Origin: Podarcis bocagei | Lineage: Eukaryota | DNA length: 64,000 nucleotides | Assembly (NCBI GenBank): GCA_964188305.1 | Contig: OZ076885.1 | Direction: 5' to 3' (one strand) | Part shown: one piece after another, positions 48,194-62,392 of the stretch | Layout of the letters: the number at the start of each line of letters is the position of its first letter | Numbering within the stretch: the stretch's first letter is position 1 | Made by a program: the position numbers and the translations under genes | Notes under the pieces: generated by a model | Seen by the model: the letters and a program-made list of their open reading frames with translations, nothing else | Databases searched by the model: none | Told to the model about the DNA's origin: nothing

Positions 48194-48340
48194 CTCTTTG
48201 TTGGTCTTGGTTTTCCATATGAGGGACCTGCCCCTCTAGAGGCTATTGCAAATGGATGTGCATTTCTGAATCCAAAATTTAATCCACCCAAAAGCAGCAA
48301 AAACACAGATTTCTTCAAAGGCAAGCCAACACTCCGAGAG
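48194..48340 (+). CDS. MGAT5: MGAT5 coding exon 12 (LFVGLGFPYEGPAPLEAIANG...KPTLRE)
   Basis: acag|CTC...GAG|gtaagc, 147 bp. Confidence 0.97.
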
Positions 48341-50457
48341 GTAAGCAATCAACATCCATATTCACAATTTTCTATTGAGTGTACTGCTGGTTGGACATGT
48401 CAACAGTAGCTTTTGTAGCACATCCTTTTTTAAATTTTCAAGCATCACCAAAGTATGGGATTTCATTGCTATTAACATAGCAAACTCTTGGTCTGGGATT
48501 GTTTCCTTCTGAGCCTATATCCTGCAATTACTTTTAGACATTTGTATCTAGAATAGTATCAGTGCTCAATTCTTTCAATTGGTTCAGTTTACACAGAAAA
48601 TCCCCATTGCTAAAAACAAAAATCAATGTATGAAAATCTTAAGAGTGTAATTCTAAGCAGGCCACAGGTGTTGTTTTTTTGTGTGAGGTGGTTTGCACAT
48701 TTATTTAGCTTTATGTACACAAAATGCAAGGAAGTTAAACTCTGTCCAATTTCCAGCAAGGGGGAAAAACAAAAAACAAACCACTTGAATTATTTTGCTA
48801 GACTTTAGGGGCAAGGTCCTTCTCTGTGTTGGGTGATGGAGGTCTACAGTGAACTTTTACTTGCAGCCACACATTTCAAGGTTCCTGATCAGGACTCTAC
48901 TCAAATTCAAACACAGAGATAGATAGGGGGTGAGGTGGATGTGGATATTATGCCAGGGCTTGTATGTACACCCTTCTCCCTTCCCATAGATAATGGAGTT
49001 CACATGTTCACTCCCGAGCATACTTCTTGTTACTTGGAAATAACAGCTTGTTCCTCAATATTTATAATGTTTTACAGTCATCACCACCTGAATCGTGTAT
49101 GCTGACAGCACATAGCCTATTAAAAGAGTATAAATAAAATTCTATGATATTTGTATTTAAATCAATATAAAGAATATTTGTTTGCCTGTTTTAGTTCCTG
49201 GAAAGGGCAGTCAGAGGGGGGCATTAACTTAATAAAAGGGATAAACATAGCATGGGGGGAATCAATTCTTTTCATAAACTGTTTGAGTGGCAATGGCCTC
49301 TTTCTTGTAAAAGAAACATTTGCTTTACAAGGTGCTTTCACTCTGTACAGGCAGCAAATATAAGCTGATAAGGATTTGTCCTCAAAATATGTCTCGACAA
49401 CAAGAATTGGCTTTGTAAATATGGCATTCAGAAAGTAAAGCAAGGGAGATTAGGATTGAAGGCTCCTCATTTATCTACACGTGTTAGCTGCCTTTTAGCC
49501 TTCACTGGGCAGGAAGCAAGGTCTTGCTTGCCAGCCTTTAGCTAACATTAAGAGTGGAGTATTTTGGGCATAATGCCCAGCACTATAACTCTGTAGCATT
49601 AATTCTGAAGGCTTTTAGAAGAATGAGGCTATCTAGAAGTACAGGAGGTGACTCGTGGACTACAGACTCATGGGCTACCAAGGGGCTGGGACATGTGCAT
49701 GTCAGTGCTTTACATGACCTCATATGCATCTCTGCCAAATGCATAATATCAGGCAAGGAAGTGGCTGCAGGAGAAAGCCAATTCAGGTGGGAACAGTTCC
49801 TTAAGAAGTAAACAGCTGCCTATAATATTTTGAAGCAAGGTAAAAGGGGGTTATGGAAAGAGTGGGTGCAGAATGTTTTGGAACACCATGAAGGTAAAAT
49901 ATGAAAAAAGAGATGGCTTATATAGCATGTGCTCTGAATTTGTTTTTTTAAGCTGTATTAAGTTTTTCAAAACGTTAAGTAAACAAGCTACAAAAAGTGT
50001 GTCATTGCAGATGGCAACTCACAAATTAAGTAATCTTATCGAGTCTTCCAGCTTTGACACAAATGGAAATGACTGAGCATACAATTCTCATATAAATACT
50101 AATTAGCTTGGCAAGAGATACTAGAGAGGTCAGAATTTAGTATCAGAATGTTAGGATACTTTATTGCAAGATACACTAAACTGTCTGCTTCCCTTTTTCA
50201 AGGTGCATTGCACTGTCCCTGACTCTTATATAATTACTTGCCCCACATTTCAATGATTAGGTTCTATAGAAATCTTGATAGATAATTCCTTTTTGGTGAA
50301 TATGATGAGGTGAGCAAAGCTTTGAAAACAAAGGAATAAAGAGCCCCCTAAATGGCTGGAGTGTTATGTTATCTACACATTTTGCATCTTATTGAAATTT
50401 GCCTACTGAAATGAATATGATTCCCGGAAAGATGACATGTGATTGTTTTTCTTTCAG

Positions 50458-50574
50458 TTGACATCTCAACACCCCTATGCTGAAGTTTACATCGGGAAGC
50501 CTCATGTTTGGACTGTAAACATCAATGACCTCTCTGAAGTTGAGAAGGCAGTGAAAGCAATTTTGAATCAAAAG
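50458..50574 (+). CDS. MGAT5: MGAT5 coding exon 13 (LTSQHPYAEV...AILNQK)
   Basis: tcag|TTG...AAG|gttaac, 117 bp. Confidence 0.96.
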
Positions 50575-51335
50575 GTTAACAGTTTTGTGTGTTGTTGTTG
50601 TTGTTTTAAAAAACCCACTGCATTTGTAAATCAATGCATAAATATGGAACAGAAACATATGATAGTGTGAGGTTTATCAGAAAGAGCTCAATATGAAACT
50701 AAAAGCCTTAAATAATCCAACAAAAATAAAACTTTCTATGTTTTCTGGCTACGATGAATTACAGCTTGTTGCAAACTCACATGGATCATTATATGAGATC
50801 CATTAATATGCAAAACATATATATTGTAAATACCATGCAATATGCAAAATATGAATATTATTTCAAAAGATAGAAGATTTATATCCTGTTAAGAGCTTGA
50901 AACCGGGAGAGGGGCACTCAGCTTATAACTCCCCACCCCTGCCCATCCAATATAGCTGGAATGTCATATTTGAATATATGTATAGATTATACTTTGTTAA
51001 AGCAGATGCTATTTTACTATGTATCCTGCGCAAATGAGAAGCCTCAGTGGGGGGGGGGGATTACAGATCGAAAAAGCACAAAATTATTTCTCTGGTAGCT
51101 GAGAGCTTTAATGGTAGGGGAAAATGGGCTAGGAAATACTACAGGTGTGAAAGTTGCTGAGTGTTTTTATAGTTTAATTTCATGGTAGCAGCAATATTTA
51201 GAATGGCAGATGCCTTACTAAACAACTTCATAACTAATACCTGAGCACCTGCACAAACATATGTTACAGTGGTGCCTTGGATAATATTTTTTAAAACAAC
51301 AACAAGGAACTAAACTGCACATTTTATTTTAACAG

Positions 51336-51410
51336 ATTGAGCCTTACCTGCCCTTTGAATTCACATGTGAGGGGATGCTCCAGAGAATGAATGTTTTCAT
51401 AGAGAAACAG
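51336..51410 (+). CDS. MGAT5: MGAT5 coding exon 14 (IEPYLPFEFTCEGMLQRMNVFIEKQ)
   Basis: acag|ATT...CAG|gtatgc, 75 bp; translated by hand. Confidence 0.96.
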
Positions 51411-51798
51411 GTATGCTCTCCATATCCACAAATACTTGCTTTGTGAGCACAGAGATCCTGTGTAAGCCACTATATTACGAGTGCTTGTTCTCTGTTGAAT
51501 AGAAGTGGAATAGACTAAAGCTCATAGTTGTGCAACCAATTTCACTTAACCAGCAAACTGCTAGAGGGCACTCTATGAAGCACTCTATCAGCGTCTAAAA
51601 CAAATCTTGTGGTCAGTCCACACCTCTAATAGATTGCTTGGTGATGCTTTTTTGTTGTTGCTGAGCCATTTTCAGTGCTCTTTTAATATTTTTATTTTAT
51701 TAGTTGGTTGTTTATTGCCTTGGGGGTCCCACATTTTTAGACAGAAAACATACATTAAAAGCTGCCTTCTATTAAAACCGAACATTGGTCCATCTAGC

Positions 51799-52042
51799 CA
51801 GTGTGGTGTAGTGGTTAAGAGCAGTGGACTCGTAATCTGGTGAACCGGGTTCAATTCCCCGCTCCTCCATATGCAGCTGCTGGGTGACCTTGGGCTAGTC
51901 ACACTTTTCTGAAGTCTCTCAGCCTCAATCACCTCACAGAGTGTTTGTTGTGGGGGAGGAAGAGAAAGGAGATTGTTAGCCGCTTTGAGAGTCCTTAGGG
52001 TAGTGATTAAGCGGGATATCAAATACAAACTCTTTTTCTTCT
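51799..52042 (+). mobile_element. Second Squam3-like SINE copy (MGAT5 intron 14)
   Basis: Closely similar to 27154-27427; box B GGTTCAATTCC; TSD TCTAGC. Confidence 0.82.
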
Positions 52043-52265
52043 TCTAGCTGTGTATTGTTTACCCTGAGTGGTGGTGACTTTCAAGTTTCAGACAGGAGCT
52101 TGAAACAAGATTATACACTTGGCAGAGATCTAGGCAGCCCTGAGATCCATGCTGGTTACCTTACAGTCTTGACTGAACCGTCTGGAGATTGAAGCTTTGA
52201 ATAACAGCAGCGTATTGAGTGAAATCACTTTTTGCCCTGTCATTATGAAATGTACTTTTTTTCAG

Positions 52266-52423
52266 GATTTCTGCCATGGGCAAGTGATGTGGCCCCCATT
52301 AAGTGCCCTTCAGGTTAAAATTGCTGGGTCTGGGAAATCATGTAAGCAGGTTTGTCAAGAAAATCAGCTCATCTGTGAGCCATCCTTTTTCCAGCACCTG
52401 AACAAGGACAAAGACCTCTTGAA
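52266..52423 (+). CDS. MGAT5: MGAT5 coding exon 15 (DFCHGQVMWPP...KDKDLLK)
   Basis: tcag|GAT...GAA|gtaagt, 158 bp. Confidence 0.97.
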
Positions 52424-53921
52424 GTAAGTACTGCAGTCAAAGAAAGTTGCAAGTAAACATTATCAGCACATTTTGAATGTCGCTCTGGAACACAGTTTCA
52501 ATCTCAGCACAAGATAAACTTCAGAGGCTTTTGAATATAATGCATTTGTGTTCATGCATCTATACACCTGCATAGCACCATTTAATAGACAGAGAAAACT
52601 GAACCAAATGATGCCGTGCATGTTGCTAACCAAACAGAATTTACCATAGCTTTCCTTTGTATTGCAACCAATTCCCTGGCTTCTGCCTATGTTGACCTAC
52701 AAGTTACAATTGATGTTTAGATCTACTTTCAAATACTTTCCCCTAGACTGGTGTATGCAGGTATTGGCGGAAAAGAAACCCCATAACTCCCTATATGCTC
52801 TCACGTGTGACAATATCACACATGTATGTTAGCTTACATCTATGATTGCTGAAAACTGTCTGCTAAATCATGGTTTGTTGGGGTATATGCCCCCAGTAAA
52901 CTTGTCACATGGGACGGTTATTGTATGAAGTGAGTTAACTGTTGTATTAGTATGGAAGATTTCCATTGTACGTGTGTGTGTCTGTTCTAATAGTAGCATT
53001 GCTAGAATCATGTTTGTGACTGTGCATCTGCCACTGTTTTTTGTTCAATCATCATCATTAAAATAGTTACCAGCTTCTAGCTTTACTCTACACTTCTGCA
53101 TATACAGGTGGGTTTGCTGGATGAATTTGAAAAGTGTAAACTGGCCCATAGGCTTGGGGAATGTCCTATATAAGACAGTCACTATTTTCCAGAGCAGAGT
53201 GTGCCACAGTGCCCAGGCAACATAATTCCCAATCACTCATTCTCACCATCACCACATGATTACCATTGCATGAGAAGTGCAAACAATGAGTGATTTCTGC
53301 ACACTCCATCACTGTTCCTGCAGTTCACTGCTTATTGGAAACATGCTGGACTGAAGCAGACTTGCCACATGATTTAGAACTTCCAGGGTTTCCAATTGTG
53401 CAGAGAGCCTACTTGACTAGAACAAGCAGTGTGCTGTAGAGGATGGATTGGGGAAGTGGTGGGGGGGCAGTGGGTTCATCCCTACTTTTCTTTTTATGGA
53501 AGGGAAGGGGGGATATAATGAATGAATAGGCCTATAGTAGAACTGCATTGTACAGATCTCATACATTCTAGTTATCCACTTCAACTGTGAACTCTATGCA
53601 ACGTCATGTCAAAGAGAACTCTGGATTATAGTATTTCTGCTCATCGGTGTTTGTGTAACCAAGCGTCCTGGGATGGTGTCAATCTCTTCTAAGTGAGGTT
53701 CTGCCTTCTTGTAACACCCTTTTGAAATCATCGGTGTGATTTTTGACGTTGTGAGTTGGGCAGCTTACGAGACCTGATTGCTGAGAAGTCAGTTTTATGT
53801 ATGAACTGAATCTCTGCATTACCTACCTTTGGAACCATGAGTTGGAAGTGCTGCTGCTGCTGCTGCTTGCTGAATTATTGCAGGTGATATAGGTTGTCTT
53901 ACTTTTCCTTTTCTTTTCCAG

Positions 53922-54120
53922 ATACAACATTGAATGTCATACAGCTGAGTCTGCAAATGATATTGTGGTTCCATCTTTTGATGAAAAGAGAAAACACTGT
54001 GTTTTCCAGGGTGATCTCTTGTTGTTCAGCTGTGCAGGATCTCATCCAAGCCACAAAAGAATCTGCCCTTGCAGAGACTACCTTAAAGGACAAGTTGCAC
54101 TTTGTAAAGACTGTCTATAG
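53922..54120 (+). CDS. MGAT5: MGAT5 last coding exon (YNIECHT...CPCRDYLKGQVALCKDCL*)
   Basis: ccag|ATAC...TAG, 199 bp; translated by hand. Confidence 0.97.
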
Positions 54121-57100
54121 CAGCAGCTCACTTGACTTGATGAAGGGACAAAAGAGCCAGTGGCTTAGTGAGAGCTGCTGCCATTTCTTGCACTTTGGTA
54201 CTGCAGGCAGAACAATTGCTGAAGAGAAAAATCTGTACCACGATGGAACAGAAAAGTGATTTTAAAAAATCTCAAATGATTTATATTTTTTTCCTAAGCA
54301 AGCAATTCCAGTGACACAGAAATCTCCTTAATTTACTTAAGGAGGTAAAAAACAAAGTTCAGCATTTTGTAAGGGTAAATTAAGAGTGTGGGTTTCTTTT
54401 ACCAACAACTCCTCATGATCAACAACTTTTCTGAATATTATTTCCAGTACAAAGAAACAGACCTGGAAGAGATTGGTCAGTACAGGAAAGACTAACACAA
54501 TCCTGGGTACATTGTTCATAGGAGTCTTCTGAATCCTGAATGGCTGGTGAACATGGAACTACAACGGAACACAGCGACAGAATATCTATTGGTTTTTATC
54601 TCATCTGACACATTCTGCAAATTCACAGCCGTGTAGTGGTCTTCACATACCTAAGCAAGTAGCACCATTAACTGGTGGCTTCCTGAGTCGCAGATACTTT
54701 TGGTTTGATAATGGATTATGATTGTGCCATTCATCGGGGCTTCTAAGCCACATAAGCGTAATATTTAAAATGTATGGTCTTGTCTAGAATTATGAGTGTA
54801 CCCCTCTTTCCCAGTCCCACGAAGTTTTGTTGTAGGGTGGTGACTAGACATACTGTTAGATCACTGAAAATAAAATGGTGCCATTGGAGCAATATTTTCC
54901 TCGGTATAAGGTGGAGAAACAGTGACTGAAAGTTGAAAATAGAAGTGAGGCAGTCAAATCGTGCTGGTCTGTTTTTGACAGCTTGGGGAGATTTAACAAG
55001 CTTTTATAGGATGGACGGACAGACATGAACAAAACAATGACTATAAGCAAGTGAGACCTCTTCCTAAAGTCCTTAATTAAAAGTAGGTGTGCTGCAGCAG
55101 GTTGGTAGTGTTACAATTTGAAATTAATCCAGAGAATTGAACTCAGATTTGTTTGTAGATCAGCTTTTCCTCTTTTTTAAAAAGAAAGAAAGAAAAAGGG
55201 GTTGCTTTTGCAGCACAGCTGACATTTTTAAAAGCACTGTTTGTGGAAGGCATTGGATAGAAAGACATTGGATAGAAAATGGATGCTTCCTCACTTTGAA
55301 GCTAAAAGCTACCACAGGTTGGCAAGAAAAAACTTGGACCATTTTCAATATTATATCAGAGTACGATACTTCAGTTATTTGCTTCTTTCCCCTCTACCCT
55401 AAATATTACTTACTATATCTACTAGTGGGATAATTCACTCCTTTCTGTTCTTTTGTAATGTAACTTAATTCATTATTTGGCATTCACTGTTTATTGTGGG
55501 AAGCACTCAAGTATCTTTTGACATACCAAAGACCATAAGGGAAAACACCTCTCTCAAATCATTGAGATAGAGTCTTTCTTTCTTTCTTTTTTAAGAACTA
55601 TTTCATATCAGCAGGGCATAGCTCCAGAAATGTTTGACAAGACTAAAAACTTTTAATCGTATGCGCATAGGATTAAAAATTAGCAGTGGCTGGCCCAAAT
55701 TCCGGTAACTTGTGACTGGCTTTTGTGTGATGTCTTGGATTTCTGTAATAGTTAACACTTGGAATCTAGCCTTGTGTGTTAAGTTACCAAGCAGTTTCTG
55801 CCCGCACTTGTTAGTACATGGGAGCCCATCCCTCCTTCCTTCCTTTTAAAAATGATCACTCTTCAACTTTGATACCCTTGTTGGTGATTGACTTTTTTAT
55901 TCTAATGTGTTCTTTATGAGGACAGACCGTCATCAAACTAGACCTGGCAATAAACAAAGCACTACCAATTGCTGCTGCAGCAAAAATGAGAATATATGTG
56001 CTGTAAATGCATCTTAGCACATTCAGATTAGTTTGGCTTTAGTAACAGGGCCAGTTCCAATCTAATATTTCTTCTCCAGAGAAAGATATAAATTATACGT
56101 CAATATACAATTTTACAAATCTGATCATTTGCTTAGATATTTTTCTTTCAACAATAACATAGATTTTGTCCTCTATTGCAACATTTTTAATGTGTTTTTG
56201 TTTTCATACATAGCATCAAACGAACCCCAAGAGAAGGATTTGAGTTTTGCTAGTTTGTTGGTGCAATGAATAACATAGTCTTTCAGCAGGGGGTATATCT
56301 ATAAATTGCTAGTTTAGGCATACTGTATGTTGGTAAAAAAAAAAAAAATGCTATATGGTTATAATGAGTGGCGATGTACTGAGAAGGTATAATTGATAAC
56401 ATTATTGTAGGGTGGTATCTGAGTAAGCCATATTCAGAGCAGGCCACTGAAATGAATGGACTTAAGTTATGACTAACTTCAAGTCATTGGGTTTACTCTG
56501 CATATGACATGGTCTCCCATTATTTCTTCAAGTGTTTTATGATATCACTGAGAATAGGATCAGACCTTTGATAGGCTCATCCAGTTATTTCATAGCTGCG
56601 TTTTTTAAAATAACAGTAATTGTGGAAGAGAAATGAATTTGTGTATTAGCCTTATTATGGTGTTTACTATGAAGACTTGGTAGATGGTACAAAAGAAAAG
56701 TTTCATCTAACCATGTTGTAGTTAGTACAGGGTCAGTGGGCCTCACACTTTTTTAGCATTGAAATGTGGAAGCAAATTAAACTTGTACCATGATCCAGGC
56801 TATCTAGAAGGTTTTTCTTCAAACCTATCTCTATGGATACCTTTAATGAAGGACGCATTGAAAACAAATGCCTTCATAATCCTCTGCCAGCATAAAGAGC
56901 AGATGGCAGGTGATGATTAAGGTGGTTTTTCATTAAAGCCAGACAAATTTATAGGTATATTTGAGGGGAATGCCTTTCTTGACTGAAACCTGGACCATTT
57001 TTTAAAAGTTCAAATGCAGAAATGTGGTATTTCACTTCAGGATTATTAGGAGATCTAAGGGGATAAATAGAATTGCAAATCATTTTGGCAGGTTTTGGCT

Positions 57101-60100
57101 TTGGGTGTAGTGGGCTACAATTCATGGAGCTCCCTGAAGTCTAAAATAAAATGAAAGAACACATCATGCTAGAAGCATCATGTCTTCATATATCAAAAAT
57201 TTCTCCCTTATTTTACAAGTTTGTAACTTGGTTTTTTTTTTAAAAGAAATCTTGTTCTGAGAGATCACCAAAACCTGAGAGAAGCATTTACATAATTTAT
57301 TTTTAAAGAACTTTAACATTAAAGCTTACCTTTGAAAGGTAAAGATTGAATACACTGTTTAAAATGCCAATAAAAACCTCATTTATTTCATATATGCAAG
57401 TTGATTTGCACATCTATAAATAGGTATGCTTTTCAGTACATTTCACCTAGTTTTGATCATTTGTCTCTCTTGTGGTTCATAGAAGCAGTTGTGGTTGGGG
57501 GGGGGTTGGTTTCTGCATGGCAGTGTTGAAGCACATTCTGCTAATATGTGTGCCTTTTATTTTATTTTTTATTTTAAATTAATTGTGTGTTTGGGATGTG
57601 AACATTGCCTGAGCAATTATAATGGAACACTAATTTGAGGATTTATATACTTTCTGTAAATATTGGTATGATTTATAAAGAGTATTTTTTAATATTGGAG
57701 AAAAGACAAAGCAAAAGTACGTACTACAAGCTGCAACAACTCAAAGAGAATGCTACCTATTGATATTTGTACTTGAATGTTTGTGTCTAAACAAAATGCG
57801 CTTATATATGATGCATTATCCATGCTAAATCTTAGTAAAGGAGGGAGGAGAGAATATAGTTAGCTAATGCCCATCTGCCTGGTCTTAAATGGTTTGGTAG
57901 TTTACTTTTCATGTTCCAAGTGACAGGAAATTGCTGACGTCCAATATCAAAGAACTAGAAATGTAAATTGGTATGTACATGATTTTTCTCTCTCTCAAAA
58001 GAATGCAGTTCAGTATGTTCTTCTATAAATTACTAGTACTCACTGGCATGATCTTTTGAATAGGTTATTTTCTTGTAGAAAATGAAGTTCTTAGCACAAA
58101 CTTTCGCAGGTATGAAGGTGCTCCTGTTAAGTTCTTCACATTTAGTAGTATGTAAGGTTGACCACATGAGCACTCAAGAAGTTGTTTAGGGAGACAAGTC
58201 CCCTCCTCTTTTTCTTCAAAGGAGGTGTAATTGCTCATCCCTGTAGCATCAGAGTGTTCATGTCCCCTAGCTCAAGTTCACACAGCTACCATGGCATGCT
58301 ATGTGCTTCTAATGTTTGCACCACTCTTGTAGAATAAGGATTATCAGAAGCCTAACACCAAGTCACAAGGAGCAGCCTAACCTCAAGCAAGCAAGTGCAC
58401 AAAGACTGGTGTGGTATGGGTCTACCTACGCACTTCCTTAAAAATAGAGTCAGATATACTACAGGATAAATTTAAAAGTGGTGACATTTGTAATCTGAGT
58501 AGCACTGGGCTTCCTTCTTTTTACAAATTGCCACAGAGAAGAACCTTGCCTACCAACATGACTGAACACTCGCATGTTATTTTGTCAGTGTGGCTCTGGT
58601 TATATAGCTGTCCAATATGGAGAATTTTTAGAGTGTGTAAGTAGCCCCTAAATCAATTTCTCTGAAAAGTCTATGGAAATTTCCATTTGTAACTGGGGAT
58701 AAAAATGTATTTAGCATTGTAATTAATCATTCAGCATTTTATACCTTGATGGTACAATGCCCACTGGTTGTCTGACAGGCTGCTTAGTTTTAAAAAAAGG
58801 ACTTGGGAGCAATTCAGGGACAGTTCACTACGTTCCCCCCCAATAACTTTTGTTGTAAAAGTTCTGAGGCACACAATTGAATTAACTACATAATACAGTG
58901 GCCTCCCCGTAATTAGTGCCTTTGTTTTTGTATTTTTGACAGTGAGCTTTCTAAAGAAAGAATAGCCTTCATACAGGTTCTGAATTGAAAAGGGTGTCGT
59001 GACTGCTACAAAATCACTGTGCATTCACAATGGATGTTTGTACTAGTAATTGTGATGGGTTATGCCTGAAGATTATAAATCTCAATAGGTTTCATACAAT
59101 ACTAGATCATTGCTTCCAGCCTTTTGGGCAAAGTAGAGGCCATTCATATTCTAGGTAACTCCTGTTTATTTAGTGCAACAAGTGAAGAGAGTTATTGTTG
59201 AGAAGGCATTTATAGGTGTTTTAAGCTGGTTATGCAGTACGTCCTCTAGCTTTGATTATATGCGGTGCTCTAGATGGCTGTTGTCAAATGCAACAAGCAA
59301 TTGCAATTGTCATGCAAGTTTGTTTTTGTTGTTTTTTTTAAAAAAAGTATCAACATGCAGAGTTGTCCATAGCCCATTAATGTACTTAGTAATAGCTGGT
59401 CCCTTGCACCCTTTGATAAAAATCTTATCTTTCCTCCACAATAAGAACCTTAAAAAAAAGTCTTATTCAAGGGAGGCATCTTCCAACAATCCATCTTAAT
59501 CTATCAAATGGCTTTTTCCTTTTTTTAAAAAAAAAGCTGTTTTGCTGTTAACAGCATGATTAGGTGCTCTTTGAATCCAATTCCCCTACCATACACCTAA
59601 TATGAAACCATACAAAGATGCTATAGCAATTATTTTACTTTGATTGGTTCTCAGCAGTTTTAAATGATTGGTGTGGTTTCTGCTTTGCTAAAGGAACCCT
59701 ATACACCATTTTTATAGACGGTCTTTTTGCTTAATTTTTTTTATCAATAGCTTTAGAGTTAATAAAGTACCATTCCAACTTAAATTATCGGTGCCATCAC
59801 ATTAAAATAGCATAGGTACACAGAAAGAGACGTTTTCAAGGTCTTTTCTGCATTCTCTTCCACCAGAACAACCTTGCAAGGAAATTCAGGAACAGGTGCA
59901 TCCTTCCAACCCAGGCCAATTTGTATCACGTTAACCTTCCTTCCACATGAAACTAGACTAATTCAAAATAACTGAAATTACAATCTCCTGCTAATAATGT
60001 TGCAAGAATAATTAGGCTTGTTCTGCAGAAAACTTAGTAAATAGTCACTCAGGTGCTTGAACTAGAAATTGCCTTAAGGCAGTGCTGTGGACCTGGTGGT

Positions 60101-60754
60101 CCTCCAGCTTTTGCTGCAGTCCCATTATACCTGACCACTGCTGTCGCCAGTCAGTGCTGATAGGATTTGGGAGTCTAGCAGCACCTGGAAAGCAAGAGAG
60201 TGGCTATTTAAGAAGCTTTGCTGATGGCTAGTGCTATTTTTATAGAAAAAGATGCTGGAACTCACCCTGAACACCTCCCTTGTTCTCTTATGGCAATAGC
60301 ACCCACCTGAGAGGTGCCAGAACTGAGTTCTGGCTGGGACAAAAAAAAAAAAAAAATCCTGCTCATGGCTTACAGTGCAGCTAGGGCTTTCTTTTTTCTC
60401 ACTTTGGAGCAAAGCTGGTTTAGGGAAAAGCACATCAGAATGCAGCATTTTATATGAAACAACAGGGCAGATATGAATTGCAGCTAAACATCATGTGCAC
60501 ACCACTTCCCAAACCAGGAGTGTACTGATATAAAGTAAACAGGCATGTATACAGTGCCCAAACCACTCTCACTATGCTCAAGTGCAGATATTTTAACAAC
60601 CACAGTTAAGCAGTCAGAATCAATTTAAAGCAACTAAAATTACTGTCTAGTTTCAATTGAGCATTCTCTGTTGTCCTTTGTTTTACTAGGATAGGTAGCA
60701 GCTATTGTGGAGTGAATGTAAATGAGGAATCAGACCACACAGCATACATGACTA

Positions 60755-60940
60755 GCATATAAAATAAGAGCCTACTGGATCAGGCCAATGGCCCATCTGG
60801 TCCAGCATCCTGTTCTCACAGTGGCTGAACAAGCTGCATATGGAAAACGAATGCAACAGGAGAACAGACATAAGACTCACACCTGCAGCAACTTCCACAT
60901 TCCATCTGCTGTAAACAATTGGGTTCTAATGGCCAGTATT
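60755..60940 (-). mobile_element. CR1-type LINE 3' remnant in the putative 3'UTR
   Basis: AAGAGCCTACTGGATCAGGCCAATGGCCCATCTGGTCCAGCATCCTGTTCTCACAGTGGC, a typical squamate CR1 tail complement. Confidence 0.55.
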
Positions 60941-62386
60941 GATCTCTCTCTTATCTGTGCTTCTTTCTATTTACCCCAGTCTCCTGGATTTGATTTCCAG
61001 TACCTTAAGCTTCTTATACTGAGTCTAATGCTTTGCTCATGCTTTGCTGCTTCTTATTCTAAAATTTTCTAAATCTCTTCTGGATGTAAAATTCCCACAG
61101 TAAAGACTGAACATATTGTGCATAAATTGACTATATAACAGAGCAGGTAGGAAGATCAGTCAATATAGCAAATGTTAAAAGTGTATGTATATATGTGTGT
61201 TATGCTATAGAAATAGCATATACAAGATGGATGTACCTTAGTATTATATCTTACTGAGTACTATATATTCAGGACACTGAATGATACTACTTAACTATGC
61301 CCTGTCTTTATATTTATATAAACGAATTAATTTCCTTTGTATTGATGTGTACATGAAGGTACCAGCTTTGCTTAATAATCTACCATTTGGAGTGTGTTTG
61401 TATCAAGTGACCCCCCCTACTACTACTACAATTATGAAAGTGACTTCTTATATTAGAATTGGCCATATGCTGTATATAGCAGTAGGTGTTTATGGGACAC
61501 TTTGAATTGCTAGTTCTAATTAAACTTTTCCTTGAACCCAATGCCACAGGGCAAATAGTTTACATTATGACTTTTCAAAGGAAAGAAACCTACCAGTTCC
61601 AAGGACTGTTTGCCAGGTGTATGTAAATTCTTTCACCTACATAATGCATCGGTAACACCCGCCCCACTAAGAGGTACTGGCAAACCATGCAGAAGGCTTG
61701 CATGAAGGTTTACTGAAGGTTTACTGAAACCTGGGTTCTAAGCAAATGGCATTGTTTTTGTCTGACAAAACAAAGCTTACCTCCCAACTTGGACTTGTCC
61801 TATTTTTTAGAACAGAAAGCAGTGAGTAGTACATATATTCACCACTCTCCTGTTTCACTAAAATAAGCTAAGCAGTCCACAGCCAGGGGTCAAGATCACA
61901 ACATTAACATTTGGCTAGTAAGAGAAACCCTAAAAAAAAGTAAGTAGTGGGTTTTTTCCAGAAGTGTGCAACAGAGAATAGCAAGTCACTGACTATCTCT
62001 ATAAATATAACATTGAAAGTCAAAATATTGTTTGTAATGAGAAGTAAAGTGTTAGCTTCCCAGTTCTGAGTACTGTTCAGCGGAGTAGTAGGTTAAGGTT
62101 TAATAAGGATTTTAATTTGTTTCACGAGCACTGATTATGTTTTTTAAAACAATACATGCTTGAAATTTTGTGCGGGGGTTTTATTTCTTAAATTGTGTTC
62201 CGTTATATTTTGTTTAAGCAGGTTGCTTCACAGCAAGTAACTGTAAAATTAGAAGATTAACAACATGGGAAACTTAAAACCAAGGTGTAAATATGTCTGT
62301 ATTCTCATGGCTGACAATGCTTCCTTCCCCCCCCACCCCCCCCCCACCAACTGTTGTAGGGCAAACTAGGGAAAATTTTATTTTTC

Positions 62387-62392
62387 AATAAA
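62387..62392 (+). terminator. Candidate distal polyadenylation signal AATAAA
   Basis: U-rich upstream, then AATAAA, then TTTTTCTTGTGTGACTGCGTTGTTTT. Confidence 0.6.

Larger units (their letters stand above)
8718..54120 (+). other. MGAT5: MGAT5 gene, partial (coding exons 3-16; 5' exons outside window)
   Basis: 14 GT-AG exons of 77,90,72,162,170,135,134,134,150,147,117,75,158,199 bp splice in frame to a protein recognisably matching GnT-V from DLINGAQ to the C-terminal GQVALCKDCL*. Exon numbering is by recalled human homology. Confidence 0.98.

Noticed and set aside
53894-54259. 121-aa + strand ORF over the last exon
   Set aside because: Alternative frame; the MGAT5 frame ends at 54120.
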